This document shows positions 43,326 through 54,842 of a stretch of 64,000 nt of DNA, one piece after another. A program made the position numbers and the translations under genes. Position 1 is the first letter of the stretch; every line of letters starts with the position of its first letter. Source of the stretch: an uncultured delta proteobacterium. Lineage in GTDB: Bacteria > Myxococcota > Myxococcia > Myxococcales > Myxococcaceae. The notes beneath the pieces were generated by a model, which worked only from the letters and a program-made list of their open reading frames with translations, was not told the origin of the DNA and made no database searches. The stretch lies in NCBI GenBank assembly GCA_963796055.1, contig CAWCKH010000003.1, positions 672,001-736,000 of the forward strand. The letters are read 5' to 3'.

Positions 43326-43853
43326 CTAAGGCGCGGCGCATGCTCGCGCCGTCTCGTCGTCGAGCGGGAACCAGCTCTCGAGGTGCAGCTCCTCCACCGC
43401 CACGTTCTGGGGCGCGCTGAACGTCCTCACGGTGGTGAGGAACGAGGCCCGGGTCTCCCCGCGACGGAACCGCACGGTGAGCGTCGGCTCGGAGGGGAGC
43501 CCGACGTCGGGCTGCTTCCAGCTCGCGGGCACCCCGGGGAGCTCGAGCAGCCGGTGGAGCAGTGCTCCCAGCTCGGCATCTCCACCGCTGGCCAGCACCT
43601 CGCGGTGCCGTCTGGCGAGCATCGCGTGCGCCGCCTGCGGCCAGTCCTCGACGAAGGGCCGCACGCCCCGCGGGTCGAAGAGGAGCACCATCGCGTTGAC
43701 CGGCGGGGCGAGCGCGTCCGGCTCGGCGACGAAGCGGGGCAGCAGGCGGGACGCGCCCTCGTTGAGCCGGACGATGTCGTACTTCCGGTCGAACACCACC
43801 AGCGGGAACGGCTCGTGCTGGGCCATCATCCGCTCGATGGCCCGCTCCACGGG
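43326..43853 (-). pseudogene. 5'-truncated MmyB-like XRE regulator (ligand-binding domain only)
   Basis: ERAIERMMAQHEPFPLVVFDRKYDIVRLN...FLTTVRTFSAPQNVAVEELHLESWFPLD; no N-terminal HTH. Confidence 0.75.
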
Positions 43854-44288
43854 CCGCTGCTGCGCTGGCTCTCGCGGGGACCGCTCCGGAACACGAGCGT
43901 CGGCCTCGGCCCGCTGTTCACCGACCCCTCGTTCATCGACGGCGAGTTCGACGCGCTGTTCCTCGCTCCGCTCGAGGATCCAGACGTGCTCGAGGACCAG
44001 CTGAAGCTGCTCCGCGCGGTCGACTTCGACCAGGTCGACGCGCTGGCCGGGGTCCACCGGCGCATCCACGCTCCCACGCTCTGCATCTGGGGACCCGACG
44101 ATCCCTTCTTCCCGGTGGCGAAGGCCCGGCGGATGCTCCCTCAGTTCGGGGGCCGGGCGGAGCTGGTGGAGATCCCTCGCGCCAGGCTCTTCGCCCACGA
44201 GGACCACGCCGAGGAGTTCCTCGGGCACGCCCTCCCCTTCCTCGAGCGGACGCTGGGATCAGTGCAGGCCACCGTGCGGAGCGCCTGA
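43851..44288 (+). pseudogene. 5'-truncated alpha/beta hydrolase (C-terminal half)
   Basis: IHAPTLCIWGPDDPFFP...IPRARLFAHEDHAEEF; nucleophile-elbow half and start codon missing. Confidence 0.72.
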
Positions 44289-44311
44289 GCGACACCACAC
44301 GGCTCCCGAGC

Positions 44312-46144
44312 TCAGGGCGCGGCCGCGCACGCCGTCACGACCTGGTCCCGCGAAGCGCCGAAGGTCGACCCCTCGAAGAGGAACCGGGTGTTGGGCGGGA
44401 TGATCCCCGGCCCCTGCACCAGGATGTCACCGGAGACGTTGCCGCAGAACCCGTCGCCCGAGGTCGTCACCCCCTCCAGCCGGAAGCCGCGGAGGAGGAA
44501 GGTGATGTCCGCCCCTCCCGCCCCGGTGGTCCCCAGCGGGTAGGCCGCGAAGGGAATGACCGGGTCGCCGAAGTCGATGGTGAACCGCCCCTTTCCGTTC
44601 ACCGTCCCCGTGCCGACGAAAGGCTCGCCCACCGGGACCAGCTCACCCGTCCCGAGCAGCGCGTTCTGGTCCACCGCTTGGAGCCCGAGCGTCAGCTTCG
44701 GACCGCTGGTGGTGGCTTGGGCGAGAAACACCGCCGGCAGCTGGGGGAAGAAGGTCGGGCCGATGCTCAGGAGGAACGGCCCCTGCACGTCCGCCCGGGA
44801 GGCGGTGGGCAGCGGCTGGGAGGGGCACCGCGCGTCCTTTCCGACCTTGACCGCGATGTCCGGGTCGTACTTCCCGAAATCGAGCGTGGCGGCGAGGATC
44901 CAGCTCGGCCCGAACTGCGCGGGCAGCCAGGGGATGTCGACCCCGAGCGGGGTCGAGTACCAGGCCACGACGAACTGGCCGTGCTTTCCGGGAATCGGCG
45001 CCACCGCGGCGTAGGACGTGTCCCCGTTGGAGGGCAGCTCGGCCACCTCGAACAGCCGGATCTGGCTGTGCGGGTCCGCGAGGTCGCCCCGGATCTCGTA
45101 GATCGCGGTCCGCTTCAGGGTGCAGGCCAGGTGCTTGCGGGCCACGACGAACGTTCGCCCGTCCACCTCGAACACCCGCGACGGGCCGTCCAGGCGCTGC
45201 TCCAGGCGCCGGCTGCAGTCGAAGTTCCCGAAGAAGCCGAACCACGAGGCGTGCTTGACGCAGATGGCGGTCTGACCGTCCTCGACCAGGCCCTGGTTGT
45301 CCAGCCGCACCAGCGAGACCGCCACCTCGCCGTGCTCGCCGAGGAAGTTCAGCTCGGCCTCGCTGGGGACCTGCGCCGGGGCGTTCAGGATGCTGCCCAG
45401 CTTGACGAAGGTCTTCCCCCCGTCGAGCGAAGCGAAGTACGCAGCCTCCTGGTCACCGTCGTCGTAGCCCGTGGCGTAGAGCGTCTTGCCTCCGAAGGCC
45501 GAGTGGCGGACCACGTAGCGCCAGAACCCGAACGGCTTCTGGGTGAGCTTCAGTTCCGCCGGGGCCGGGACGTCGAAGGAGCTGCCCTCGTCGTGCGAGG
45601 TCGCGAAGACGGTCTGGGTATCGGCGAGCAGGTCGCGGATGGGGAATCCGGCGAGGCGGGAGATGGCCCCCAGCCGCAGCTCGCCGTTCCACTCGAAGAG
45701 CTTGGGGTCCCGGATCCCGCGCACCGGATCGCTCGGCGCCGGAGCAACGTCGGTGGCGAGCGTCCCGGCGTAGGTCAGAGGGTCGAAGCGGAAGATCCGG
45801 ATGTGCGCGCTGCCGGTCTCGGTCTGCCCCGTGCCGCCAGCCCGGAAGGCGAGGAGCATCTGCTTCGATGGAAGGAGGTGGAGCTCCACGTTCTCCGCGT
45901 GCTCGTCGCCGTTCTGGTAGACGACCGCGACGTCCCGGATGAACCCGCTGGCGTAAGCCGGGCCCTCGGGGGCCGGGACCGGGATCGGGGTGAGCACGTC
46001 GGGGGACGAGGTGGTGAGCGGGGCGGTGGCTCGTGTTTCAGGGTGGGCCGAGGGAGCGAACCCCGCCGGCCCGCAGGCGATCAGGGCAGCAGCGACGGAG
46101 GCGACCAACAGCAGCGAGGGGAAACGGTGGAGGTGCTGGCGCAT
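44312..46144 (-). CDS. Lipoprotein with BNR/Asp-box (sialidase-like) propeller
   Basis: [16 protein letters not shown] lipobox; Asp boxes SHDEGSSF and [20 protein letters not shown]. Confidence 0.72.
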   Translation of the reverse strand: MRQHLHRFPSLLLVASVAAALIACGPAGFAPSAHPETRATAPLTTSSPDVLTPIPVPAPEGPAYASGFIRDVAVVYQNGDEHAENVELHLLPSKQMLLAFRAGGTGQTETGSAHIRIFRFDPLTYAGTLATDVAPAPSDPVRGIRDPKLFEWNGELRLGAISRLAGFPIRDLLADTQTVFATSHDEGSSFDVPAPAELKLTQKPFGFWRYVVRHSAFGGKTLYATGYDDGDQEAAYFASLDGGKTFVKLGSILNAPAQVPSEAELNFLGEHGEVAVSLVRLDNQGLVEDGQTAICVKHASWFGFFGNFDCSRRLEQRLDGPSRVFEVDGRTFVVARKHLACTLKRTAIYEIRGDLADPHSQIRLFEVAELPSNGDTSYAAVAPIPGKHGQFVVAWYSTPLGVDIPWLPAQFGPSWILAATLDFGKYDPDIAVKVGKDARCPSQPLPTASRADVQGPFLLSIGPTFFPQLPAVFLAQATTSGPKLTLGLQAVDQNALLGTGELVPVGEPFVGTGTVNGKGRFTIDFGDPVIPFAAYPLGTTGAGGADITFLLRGFRLEGVTTSGDGFCGNVSGDILVQGPGIIPPNTRFLFEGSTFGASRDQVVTACAAAP

Positions 46145-46607
46145 CTCGAGACCTCCTGTGAAGGTGACCCTGGGACTCGAGCAAGGACCGCGCCACTCCC
46201 GTCGCCCCGGATCGACCTGCGAACGCAAAGTCATGAAGTACAGCGCACGCACTGTTCGCGCGCCCACCTCCCTTCGGGCTCGGGCCCGCGCAACGGTTGC
46301 TGATTCGCATAGTCGTCCGCAGCCGGTCACGGGGCGGAGAACCGGTCCTCTTTGCCGGAGCCGCTCATGTCCCAGCGTGACCCACCGCCACCTCGCCGAG
46401 CTCGTGCCCTTCCCCGTCTTGCACCAGCCGCTCGCCTCCAGCGAAGGGGTCGGCATGCCTCCTCGGCGACCCGACCGGAGCCGCGACCACCGGGGCTCGG
46501 CCATCGCGAGGAGCTGCCCCCGGGTCCGGGCCGGGCTGCGGGGAGGAGCCGGGGGCTTCCCGGGTGGCGCAGGGCCACCCCGACGGGTTAGAGCCTCCCC
46601 CCGGCAG

Positions 46608-47693
46608 ATGATCGACAAGCTGGACGAAGTCGAGCGGCGCTACGACCGGCTCGAGGCAGACCTCGCGAATCCAGAGACGCTGGGGGACAGCACGCGCCTG
46701 ATGAAGGTGATGAAGGAACGCTCGTCACTCGAGTCGCTGGTCAACACCTACCGCACGTTCAAGAAGGTGCGAGAGGACCTGGCCGCCGCCGAGCAGATGC
46801 TGGAGAGCTCGGACCCGGAAGAACGCGCGCTGGGGAAGGAGGAGCTCCCGGCCCTGCGGGCGCGCCGCGACGCGCTCGAGGCCGAGCTCAAGCTCCTGCT
46901 CATCCCCAAGGACCCCAACGACGAGAAGAACGTCATCCTCGAGATTCGCGCCGGGGCGGGGGGAGACGAGGCCGGTCTCTTCGCCGAGGAGGTCCTCCAG
47001 ATGTACCTCCGCTACGCGGACCGCAAGGGCTGGAAGGCGGAGCTGGTGGACATGAGCGCGGGGAACGCAGGCGGAATCAAGGACGCCACCGTCACCCTCT
47101 CCGGCGACTCGGTGTACTCGTCGATGAAGTACGAGTCGGGCGTCCACCGGGTGCAGCGGGTGCCGGCCACCGAGGCCCAGGGCCGCATCCACACCTCCAC
47201 CATCACCGTGGCGGTCATGCCCGAGGCGGAGGACGTGGACGTGCAGGTCAAGGACTCGGACGTCGAGCGACAGGTGATGCGCTCCACCGGCGCGGGCGGT
47301 CAGAGCGTCAACACCACCGACTCGGCGGTGCGTCTCAAGCACGCCCCCACAGGCATCGTGGTGAAGTGCCAGCAGGAGAAGAGCCAGACGAAGAACTACA
47401 ACATGGCCATGCGCATGCTCCGGGCCAAGCTGTACGAGCTGGAGCAGGAGCGCATCACCAGCGAGCGCGACTCGCTCCGCCGTGGCCAGGTGGGCACCGG
47501 GGACCGCAGCGAGAAGATCCGGACCTACAACTTTCCTCAGGACAGGCTCACCGATCACCGCATCGGGATGACCTGGCACAACCTCCCGGCGCGGATGGCC
47601 GGGGACATCGAGGACATCGTCGTCGCCTGCCGCACCTACTTCCAGGCCGAGCAGCTCAAGGCCGAGTCGGCGCGCGCTCCGGCCCAGGCATGA
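46608..47693 (+). CDS. prfA: Peptide chain release factor 1
   Basis: [23 protein letters not shown] (PxT), GAGGQSVN. Confidence 0.97.
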   Translation: MIDKLDEVERRYDRLEADLANPETLGDSTRLMKVMKERSSLESLVNTYRTFKKVREDLAAAEQMLESSDPEERALGKEELPALRARRDALEAELKLLLIPKDPNDEKNVILEIRAGAGGDEAGLFAEEVLQMYLRYADRKGWKAELVDMSAGNAGGIKDATVTLSGDSVYSSMKYESGVHRVQRVPATEAQGRIHTSTITVAVMPEAEDVDVQVKDSDVERQVMRSTGAGGQSVNTTDSAVRLKHAPTGIVVKCQQEKSQTKNYNMAMRMLRAKLYELEQERITSERDSLRRGQVGTGDRSEKIRTYNFPQDRLTDHRIGMTWHNLPARMAGDIEDIVVACRTYFQAEQLKAESARAPAQA

Positions 47694-48604
47694 GCGAGCA
47701 GCCCTGGACGGTGCGCCGGGTCCTCGGATGGACGTCCCAGCACTTCGAGAAGCTGGGCCTGGACTCACCACGGCTCACCGCCGAGCTGCTACTGGCGCAC
47801 GTGCTCCACACCACCCGGGTCCGGCTGTACACCGACCTGGACCGGCCGCTCGAGGTCGGCGAGCTCGGTGTCTATCGCGCGCTCATCGCCCGGCGCGCCA
47901 CCGGCGAGCCCACGCACTACCTGACCGGCACCCGTGAGTTCTACGGGCGGCCCTTCGCCGTCGACGCCCGGGTCCTCGTTCCCCGCCCGGAGACCGAGCT
48001 GCTGGTCGAGGCCGTGCTCCAGGCCATCCCCCGGGACGCCGATGTCCGGCTCCTGGACCTCTGCACCGGGGCCGGCTGCGTCGGCATCACCCTGGCCCTG
48101 GAGCGGCCCCGGGCGCGGGTGGTGGCCACCGAGATCTCCCCCGAGGCAGCCGAGGTCGCGCTGGCCAATGCCACTACCCTCGGGGTGGGCGATCGGTTCG
48201 AGGTCCGGGTCGGAGACCTGTTCACCCCGGTCCAAAGCGAGCGTCCTTTCTCTGCCATCGCCGCCAATCCTCCGTACGTCCCGCGGGGGGAAATCCCCAC
48301 CCTCGCACCCGAGGTGCGGCATGAGCCGGCCCTGGCCCTCGACGGGGGTCCCGACGGGCTGGACCTCATCCGGCGCATCGTCGCCGAGGCCCCGCGCTGC
48401 CTCGTGCCGGGAGCGCTGCTGGCCATGGAGATCGGGGACCGCCAGGGGGTGGCGGTCCGGTCCTTGCTCGAGGCGGCCGGATATGGCTCCGTCCGCATCG
48501 AACGCGACCTCGCCCGACACGATCGACTGGCCCTCGGGACACACCCCCGCGGGCAGGCGGCCACGCACCCAGGAGAAGGAGCCCTTGGACCAGATCCACA
48601 TTGA
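47690..48604 (+). CDS. prmC: Release factor glutamine methyltransferase
   Basis: [28 protein letters not shown]; coupled to prfA. Confidence 0.95.
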   Translation: MSEQPWTVRRVLGWTSQHFEKLGLDSPRLTAELLLAHVLHTTRVRLYTDLDRPLEVGELGVYRALIARRATGEPTHYLTGTREFYGRPFAVDARVLVPRPETELLVEAVLQAIPRDADVRLLDLCTGAGCVGITLALERPRARVVATEISPEAAEVALANATTLGVGDRFEVRVGDLFTPVQSERPFSAIAANPPYVPRGEIPTLAPEVRHEPALALDGGPDGLDLIRRIVAEAPRCLVPGALLAMEIGDRQGVAVRSLLEAAGYGSVRIERDLARHDRLALGTHPRGQAATHPGEGALGPDPH

Positions 48605-49847
48605 AGGCGGCCCGCGGCTGGAGGGGGAGGTGCGGGTCTCGGGGAGCAAGAACGCCACCCTCCCCTTGATGGCCGCCGCGCTCCTCGGCGAGGGCCCGAC
48701 CACGCTCCGCAACGTTCCCGATCTCGCGGACGTGACGACCCTGCTCGAGCTGCTCCGCACGATGGGCGCCGAGGCCCAGCGGGTGCCGGGCGCGGAGCGC
48801 CACGTGGTCCGGGTGCACGCCGCGCCGAACGTGCTGCCCGAGGCGCCGTACGACCTGGTGCGGAAGATGCGCGCCTCGGTGCTGGTGCTCGGCCCGCTGC
48901 TCGGTCGGTTCGGCCGCGCCCGGGTCTCGCTGCCCGGGGGCTGCGCCATCGGCGCCCGCCCCATCGACCAGCATCTGAAGGCCTTCCGCGCGCTCGGGGC
49001 GGAGATCCTCCTCGAGGGCGGCTACGTCGAGGCGCGGGCGAAGCGGCTCCGGGGGGCCACGGTGCGGTTCGACAAGATCACCGTCACCGGCACCGAGAAC
49101 GCCCTGATGGCCGCGGTGCTCGCCGAGGGGACGACCGTGCTGGAGAACGCCGCCCGCGAGCCGGAGGTCGAGGACCTCGCCCGGGCCCTGAACGCCATGG
49201 GTGCCCGCATCCAGGGCGCGGGCACGGATCTGGTGGTCGTGGAGGGCGTCACCCGACTCGCCGGGGTCGAGCACACGGTCATCCCCGACCGCATCGAGGC
49301 AGGCACCCTCCTGGTGGCCGCGGCCATCAGCCGGGGCGATGTGCATGTCCAGGGCGCCGTCCCCACCCACCTCGACGCCGTGGTGGGCAAGCTGCGCGAG
49401 GCCGGCTGCTCGGTGGCGCCCACGCCCGAGGGGCTGCGCTGCAAGGGGCCCGAGGTGCCGGAGCCGGTGGACCTCCAGACGACGGAGCATCCGGGCTTCC
49501 CCACCGACATGCAGGCCCAGCTCATGGCCTTGCTCAGCGTGGCCGGGGGGACCAGCGTCCTCTCCGAGAACATCTTCGAGAACCGCTTCATGCATGTCGC
49601 CGAGCTGCGCCGGATGGGGGCGGACATCCGGGTGGAGGGCCACACCGCGGTGGTGAAGGGAGTCCACACCCTCTCCGGGGCCCCGGTGATGGCGACGGAC
49701 CTGCGCGCCTCGGCCTCGCTCATCCTCGCCGGGCTCCGGGCCGCCGGCACCACCCGGGTGGCACGCGTTTACCACCTGGACCGGGGCTACGAGGCGCTCG
49801 AGCGGAAGCTCCAGACCCTGGGCGCCCGGACCACCCGGGTGAAGTGA
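48585..49847 (+). CDS. murA: UDP-N-acetylglucosamine 1-carboxyvinyltransferase
   Basis: [38 protein letters not shown] start with RBS AAGGAG. Confidence 0.96.
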   Translation: MDQIHIEGGPRLEGEVRVSGSKNATLPLMAAALLGEGPTTLRNVPDLADVTTLLELLRTMGAEAQRVPGAERHVVRVHAAPNVLPEAPYDLVRKMRASVLVLGPLLGRFGRARVSLPGGCAIGARPIDQHLKAFRALGAEILLEGGYVEARAKRLRGATVRFDKITVTGTENALMAAVLAEGTTVLENAAREPEVEDLARALNAMGARIQGAGTDLVVVEGVTRLAGVEHTVIPDRIEAGTLLVAAAISRGDVHVQGAVPTHLDAVVGKLREAGCSVAPTPEGLRCKGPEVPEPVDLQTTEHPGFPTDMQAQLMALLSVAGGTSVLSENIFENRFMHVAELRRMGADIRVEGHTAVVKGVHTLSGAPVMATDLRASASLILAGLRAAGTTRVARVYHLDRGYEALERKLQTLGARTTRVK

Positions 49848-49969
49848 AGGCGGAAAAGCCGTTCAGCCCAGGTCACTGCCGGTTGCAGGATAAAAATTCC
49901 CGGCCTTAGACTCACCAGTGCAGCCGTTACCGGAGCACTGCTCCCCCTGCACGGAGAAGACGCGTTTTC

Positions 49970-50365
49970 ATGGATTGCCCCGGCTGCAACGTCGAGATGG
50001 CCGAGCTGGAGGGAGAAGAGACGACGTTGCGACGCTGCGGAGAGTGCGGCGGACTGTGGCTGGACGTGGCGGACCTGAACCGCCTGCTCCTCCACAACAA
50101 CCTCCCGGGGCTGGAAAGCCTCGGAGGGCGCGTCGACGCCGAGGCCCTCACCGGCCAGTGCCCCGAGTGCCAGGTCGACCTGGTCCGGGTCGATGGCGGT
50201 GATCGGCAGCACCCCCTGCACTACGACACCTGCGAGTCCTGTGGCGGCATCTTCCTCGAGTCGGAGTTCAAGGACGCGACCGACGCGAAGGTGGCGCAGC
50301 AGGAGATCGTGGACTTCTTCCAGCGGTTCTCGTCGCGGAAGAAGAAGAGCGCCGCCGGCCGCTGA
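49970..50365 (+). CDS. Double zinc-ribbon (zf-TFIIB-like) protein
   Basis: CPGC...CGECGGLWLD and CPEC...CESCGGIFLE. Confidence 0.85.
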   Translation: MDCPGCNVEMAELEGEETTLRRCGECGGLWLDVADLNRLLLHNNLPGLESLGGRVDAEALTGQCPECQVDLVRVDGGDRQHPLHYDTCESCGGIFLESEFKDATDAKVAQQEIVDFFQRFSSRKKKSAAGR

Positions 50366-50384
50366 GGCCGCGGACCCGGGGGAC

Positions 50385-51215
50385 TCACCTCCGGTCGCGA
50401 AACGGCACCCGCAGCGCTGCGGGGACGCCGCCCTTCAGGGTCAAGGTGGTGCGCCCCTTGCCGTGCGCGTCGGCCTTGGTCTCCATCGACGGGGTGACCC
50501 GGCCCTTCCCGGAGCCCGGGGCCTTCATCCACAGGCCCTTCTTGTCCAGGCCCCAGGTCCCGTTCACCGTCTTCGGCCGGGTGGGCGCGTCATAGACCAC
50601 CGTCCGGTGCTGCCAGGAACCGTCGAGGAAGAAGGACAGGCTCTGGTCGGGGTTGCCCTCGTCTCCGGCGTACCACGTGCCCAGCAGCCGGGCCCGCTCC
50701 GGGCTCCAGCGGAGCAGTGACTTCTTGGGGTGCGGCACCGGCTTGCCGTGGGAGACCAGCTGCACCTCCGAGAGGCAGGCCGGCGCGGCCGGGTCCTCTG
50801 CCGGCTCGACGTCGAGGACCTCCAGGGTGAACACCTGCCCTTGCAGCGGCGCGTCCAGCTTCACCGACTGCACGCCCTCGGTGTCCACCACCGAGAAGGT
50901 GCTCGCGCGCCCGTCGGTTCGCAGGACGAACTTCCGCGGGCGGGCGGAGGCGTGGAAGGCGGCGGTGTCTGCCTGGTTGCCGGTGGCGATGCGGACCTCG
51001 TCCACCACCACCATCGCCGGGACGCCGAAGCCCAGCGCGTCGGCCTGCGCGTCCCCGCTGGCCGAGCACCAGGCGGTCTTGAGGTTCCCGTCCACCAGCA
51101 GCAGGGGCTGGAAGTGGGCCGGGTTGCTCGCGTGTTCGTACCAGTCGGTGGCCTGCACGTAGCCGAGTCCGGGCACGGCCGAGAGGACGACTCCGAGGAG
51201 CGGGCTGAGGGTCAT
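50385..51215 (-). CDS. Exported protein with discoidin-like / glycan-binding-like domain
   Basis: LVDGNLKTAWC, VRIATGNQ, CLSEVQL. Confidence 0.7.
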   Translation of the reverse strand: MTLSPLLGVVLSAVPGLGYVQATDWYEHASNPAHFQPLLLVDGNLKTAWCSASGDAQADALGFGVPAMVVVDEVRIATGNQADTAAFHASARPRKFVLRTDGRASTFSVVDTEGVQSVKLDAPLQGQVFTLEVLDVEPAEDPAAPACLSEVQLVSHGKPVPHPKKSLLRWSPERARLLGTWYAGDEGNPDQSLSFFLDGSWQHRTVVYDAPTRPKTVNGTWGLDKKGLWMKAPGSGKGRVTPSMETKADAHGKGRTTLTLKGGVPAALRVPFRDRR

Positions 51216-51303
51216 GTGGATGGGCGGACCGAGCATGGCGCAGAGAGGCGGTGCACTCCAGCGTCGCGAGGGGTGGGCCCGGCGTGTGGTAGGGCTGTGG
51301 CCC

Positions 51304-53136
51304 GTGAGCTCCGCGCGCGCCCTGGCCGCCCTGTCGCTGCTCGTCGTCACCGGATGTCCACGAAAGCAGGAGGCGCCACCGGCCGCACCACCGGACGCGG
51401 GCCCGGCGCAGCGGACCGAGGTGGAGCCGGACGATCGCCCCGAGCAGTCGATGCCCCTCGGGGAGAGCACCGACGTCGCGGCCAGCCTCTCCAGCACACC
51501 CGCCCGGGCCGACGAGGACTGGTACCTCCTCTTCGGAGAGAGGCCGCGCCTGGTGGATGCGACGGTGAGCGGCATTCCGGGCACGGTGGTGCTGCTCGAG
51601 GTCTACGACGAGACGCGCACCCGGCTCGCGGCGGTCAGCGCCGAGGCCGAGGGCCAGCCGGCCCGCTTCCCCAACCTCACCGTGCGCGGGAAGCTGCTCC
51701 TCCGGGTGGCGGCCGGTCGCAAGGGGGGTGGCGGCACCTACACCCTGTCGGTGCGCTACGGCGAGCCGAGACCGGGGATGGAGGTGGAGCCCAACGACCG
51801 GCACGCCGACGCGACCGAGCTCCAGCCTCAGAACGATGCCTGGACCATCCAGGGCCTCTACGGGTCCCCGGCGGACGAGGACCACTACCGGATCGTCCTC
51901 GACACTGCTGCCGATGCGGGCCCTCCCGAAGCGGTCGCCGCGCCCGACGCCGGCGCCACCGCCACCACCGCGGCGCCGTCTCCGCCGTCCGAGCCGCCGC
52001 GCCAGGAGGGGTTCCCGGCGCAGCCTCCGCCCCTCGGCGGAGCACGCGCCGAAGTCGACGCCGGGCCGGTGGTGCCAGAGCCGCCGCGGGTGGCGCTCCG
52101 CCTCGAGCTGAGCGGGGTGGCCGGGGTCCGTCCGGAGATCCAGGTGCTGTCCGAGGCGGAGGCGACGCTGTTCACCGCCCGCGGCACCGAGGGACAGCCG
52201 CTGTCGCAGCGCAACGTGGCGGTGCGGGCCACGGACCGGGTCATCGACGTGGTGGTGAAGAGCGCCTGGACCGGCACCGGCAAGGACGCCCGCCGGGGCT
52301 TCGACCCCGAGGCACCCTACACCTTGACCGTCTCCCGCGAGGCCGCCGGGGCCAACGCCGAGTACGAGCCCAACGACGACCTGGCGCACGCCACGCCGCT
52401 TCCGCTCGATGGCTACCGCGAGGGTTTCCTCACCCCCAAGACCGATGTCGACACCTACGTGGTGCGGCCACCCCAGCCTTCCCTGGTGCGCTTCGAGCTG
52501 AGCGGGGTGGAGAAGCTGGACCTCCAGCTCTCGCTGGTCGAGCCGGGCAGCAAGCCCGGGACGGAGAAGGTTCTCCAGCGCTCGAACGACGGGGCGGTGA
52601 AGGAGCCGGAGCGGCTGAACAGCGTGGCCTGCAACAAGGAGTGCTTCGTCAAGGTCGAGGGCGCTCTCCGCAAGGTGGACGGCAAATGGGTGCGCGAGTT
52701 CGAGAACCCCGACCAGCCGTACCGGCTGACCGCCCGTGCCATCCCCGACGACGGCAGCGAGGAGCGCGAGCCGAACGACACCGCGGACCAGGCCACCCCG
52801 CTCACCCTGGGCAAGCCCATCCGGGGCACCGTGTACCCGAAGAAGGACGTTGACTACTTCCGCCTCGACCTCTCGGACCGTCCGGTGAAGACGGCGCTCA
52901 AGGCGACGCTGACCGGCATCCTCAAGGTGAACGTGGCGCTCTTCCTCTACCAGCGGGCCGAGGACGGTTCGCTGTCGCTGGTCCAGACCGCGGACCGCGC
53001 CAAGGCAGACGCGCCGGAGGTCATCCGTTACGCCGCCGACCCGGGCATCTACCTCTTGAAGGTGCAGGATTCGAAGAACCGGGAGTCCAACTTCCAGGAC
53101 AGCTACCAGCTCACGGTGGAAGAAGACACGCAGTAG
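51304..53136 (+). CDS. Lipoprotein with four ExEPND (PPC-like) repeats
   Basis: LLVVTGC lipobox; EVEPDD, EVEPND, EYEPND, EREPND each followed by D-x-D-x-Y/F; YQLTV end. Confidence 0.8.
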   Translation: MSSARALAALSLLVVTGCPRKQEAPPAAPPDAGPAQRTEVEPDDRPEQSMPLGESTDVAASLSSTPARADEDWYLLFGERPRLVDATVSGIPGTVVLLEVYDETRTRLAAVSAEAEGQPARFPNLTVRGKLLLRVAAGRKGGGGTYTLSVRYGEPRPGMEVEPNDRHADATELQPQNDAWTIQGLYGSPADEDHYRIVLDTAADAGPPEAVAAPDAGATATTAAPSPPSEPPRQEGFPAQPPPLGGARAEVDAGPVVPEPPRVALRLELSGVAGVRPEIQVLSEAEATLFTARGTEGQPLSQRNVAVRATDRVIDVVVKSAWTGTGKDARRGFDPEAPYTLTVSREAAGANAEYEPNDDLAHATPLPLDGYREGFLTPKTDVDTYVVRPPQPSLVRFELSGVEKLDLQLSLVEPGSKPGTEKVLQRSNDGAVKEPERLNSVACNKECFVKVEGALRKVDGKWVREFENPDQPYRLTARAIPDDGSEEREPNDTADQATPLTLGKPIRGTVYPKKDVDYFRLDLSDRPVKTALKATLTGILKVNVALFLYQRAEDGSLSLVQTADRAKADAPEVIRYAADPGIYLLKVQDSKNRESNFQDSYQLTVEEDTQ

Positions 53137-53227
53137 GGCTGTTGCAGGGCCCCCGCCGGCCATGCCGATCCCCGGCGAGTGGCCGCGGCTCCAGCCCTTG
53201 CCCGCGCGCCCCTGACCTCGGCCTCGC

Positions 53228-54763
53228 TCAGTGGGGGGACGGGGCCTTGAGCACCGCGGGCGCTGCGGTGCGCGGTGGCGGTGAGCCGGCCGGGACCGTG
53301 GTCACCGGCGCGGGCTCAGGCGGCTTGAGCACGTCGGCCATGGCCATCGGGCTGTCGGTGCTCGAGGGCCCGAGCCGCCCGGCGAGCTCGAGCGCCGACT
53401 GGGCGAGGTCCTGGAGCCCGAGGCTGCTCCGGTCCAGCTCGCGCTGCAGTGCCGCGGCGGCCTCGAACTCCTCCCGGGTGGGGGTGGTCCGGCGGTCGGC
53501 GGCCCGGAGCGCGAAAGTGGTGGTGCTCTGCTTGCGAAAGGCGTCGAGCAGCCGCGGGAGCAGCGCCTGGCCGTCGGCGTCGAGCGCATCCTGGGTGTAG
53601 CCCTTGAGGCCACGGCGGTTTCCGAACCAGACCCGGCCCGCCGCCCCGAATCCACCGGCCGAGACAGAGGGGAGGTCCTCCACCACCAGCACCGGGTTCG
53701 CCCGGGCGGGGAACTCCGACGAGAGCAGTCCGTAGACCAGCGTGCCGTCGTCCCGGGGGCGAACCTCGGCGATCAGATTTCCGAAGGGGAAGTACGGGTC
53801 CACGGCGGTGCGCACCGCGGTGAGGAGCTGGGCCCGGCGGTCGGAGTCGAGCTGGGCGACCTCGGAGCGCGGCGGCCCCGCCTTGAGGGTGGTCATGAGC
53901 GCGGTGAGCTGGTCGATGCCCACCACTACGTTGAGCGCGCTGCCCCGGGTGTACCCGGCGTGGAACAGGCCCACCAGCTCGAACTCGCCGGTCTTGCACG
54001 AAACCGCGAGCACCGGCGAGCCGGAGTTGCCCTGCGAGAGCAGCGCGTCGATGACGAAATCGTCGTGGTTCCAGTCCTTGAAGCGGTCGTGGTCGTGCTC
54101 GGAGACGACCTTGCCCACGTTGGTGGCGCTGAACACCCCGAGCGGGAAGCCACGCACGTCCACCACGTTCCGGACCCGGAGCGCGCTGCTCCTCCCCATC
54201 TTCCAGGGGAGCACCGGCAGGGTCTTCGCCGAGCGGAGCACTGCGGCGTCGAGCGCCACGTCGGAGACCACCCGGGTGAGGGGCAAGTCGTCCGGGGTGT
54301 AGTTGTCCGCCTCGTTCTCCACGATGCGCAGAACGTCCGAGACCCGCTTGCAACCGGCAGGGACACCGTCGACCCGGTGGTCTTCGTCGGTGACCGCCGG
54401 CCACTCGGCGACGTGCTGGTTGGTGAGGAGCAGGGTCCCCTTGTCGTCGCGCCGGTAGGCGAAGGCCGTGCCGTGGGCGGTGGCGGTGCGGCGCTTCTTG
54501 CGGAGCGAACCGTCGGGCCCGTAGCTGGGGCACTCGTAGACTGCGGTGGTACGGACACAGAACGTATAGGCCTGCTGCTGCTGCTCGGCCCGGCGGGCCG
54601 CGGCCGAGAGCGCGGTCAGGTCGTCGGCGTACTCGCCGAGGCAGAACGAGGGCTCGGTGTGATCGGGAGCGACGGGAATCGGGCCGTCGGCAGCGGGTGC
54701 GGCAACCGAGAGCAGGGCGGCGAGCAGGGTCAGCGAACGGAGTGGAGGCGACACGACTTCCAT
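53228..54763 (-). CDS. Exported trypsin-like (S1) serine protease
   Basis: Signal peptide; triad TNQHV, DAAVL, GNSGSP. Confidence 0.85.
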   Translation of the reverse strand: MEVVSPPLRSLTLLAALLSVAAPAADGPIPVAPDHTEPSFCLGEYADDLTALSAAARRAEQQQQAYTFCVRTTAVYECPSYGPDGSLRKKRRTATAHGTAFAYRRDDKGTLLLTNQHVAEWPAVTDEDHRVDGVPAGCKRVSDVLRIVENEADNYTPDDLPLTRVVSDVALDAAVLRSAKTLPVLPWKMGRSSALRVRNVVDVRGFPLGVFSATNVGKVVSEHDHDRFKDWNHDDFVIDALLSQGNSGSPVLAVSCKTGEFELVGLFHAGYTRGSALNVVVGIDQLTALMTTLKAGPPRSEVAQLDSDRRAQLLTAVRTAVDPYFPFGNLIAEVRPRDDGTLVYGLLSSEFPARANPVLVVEDLPSVSAGGFGAAGRVWFGNRRGLKGYTQDALDADGQALLPRLLDAFRKQSTTTFALRAADRRTTPTREEFEAAAALQRELDRSSLGLQDLAQSALELAGRLGPSSTDSPMAMADVLKPPEPAPVTTVPAGSPPPRTAAPAVLKAPSPH

Positions 54764-54842
54764 CTTTCTCCAGATTCCTTGATGTTTGTGTCCTCAACCA
54801 TCCCACATTGACGTTGGATTCCGGACTGAACGAGATCGACAC

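Noticed and set aside
43326..44288. Two full-length 300-aa overlapping genes as given in the ORF track
   Set aside because: Each N-terminal half is just the antisense of the other remnant.
46145..46607. Riboswitch or ncRNA in the long gap before prfA
   Set aside because: Only an 11-nt palindrome (GCAACGGTTGC) was seen; no recognisable riboswitch consensus.
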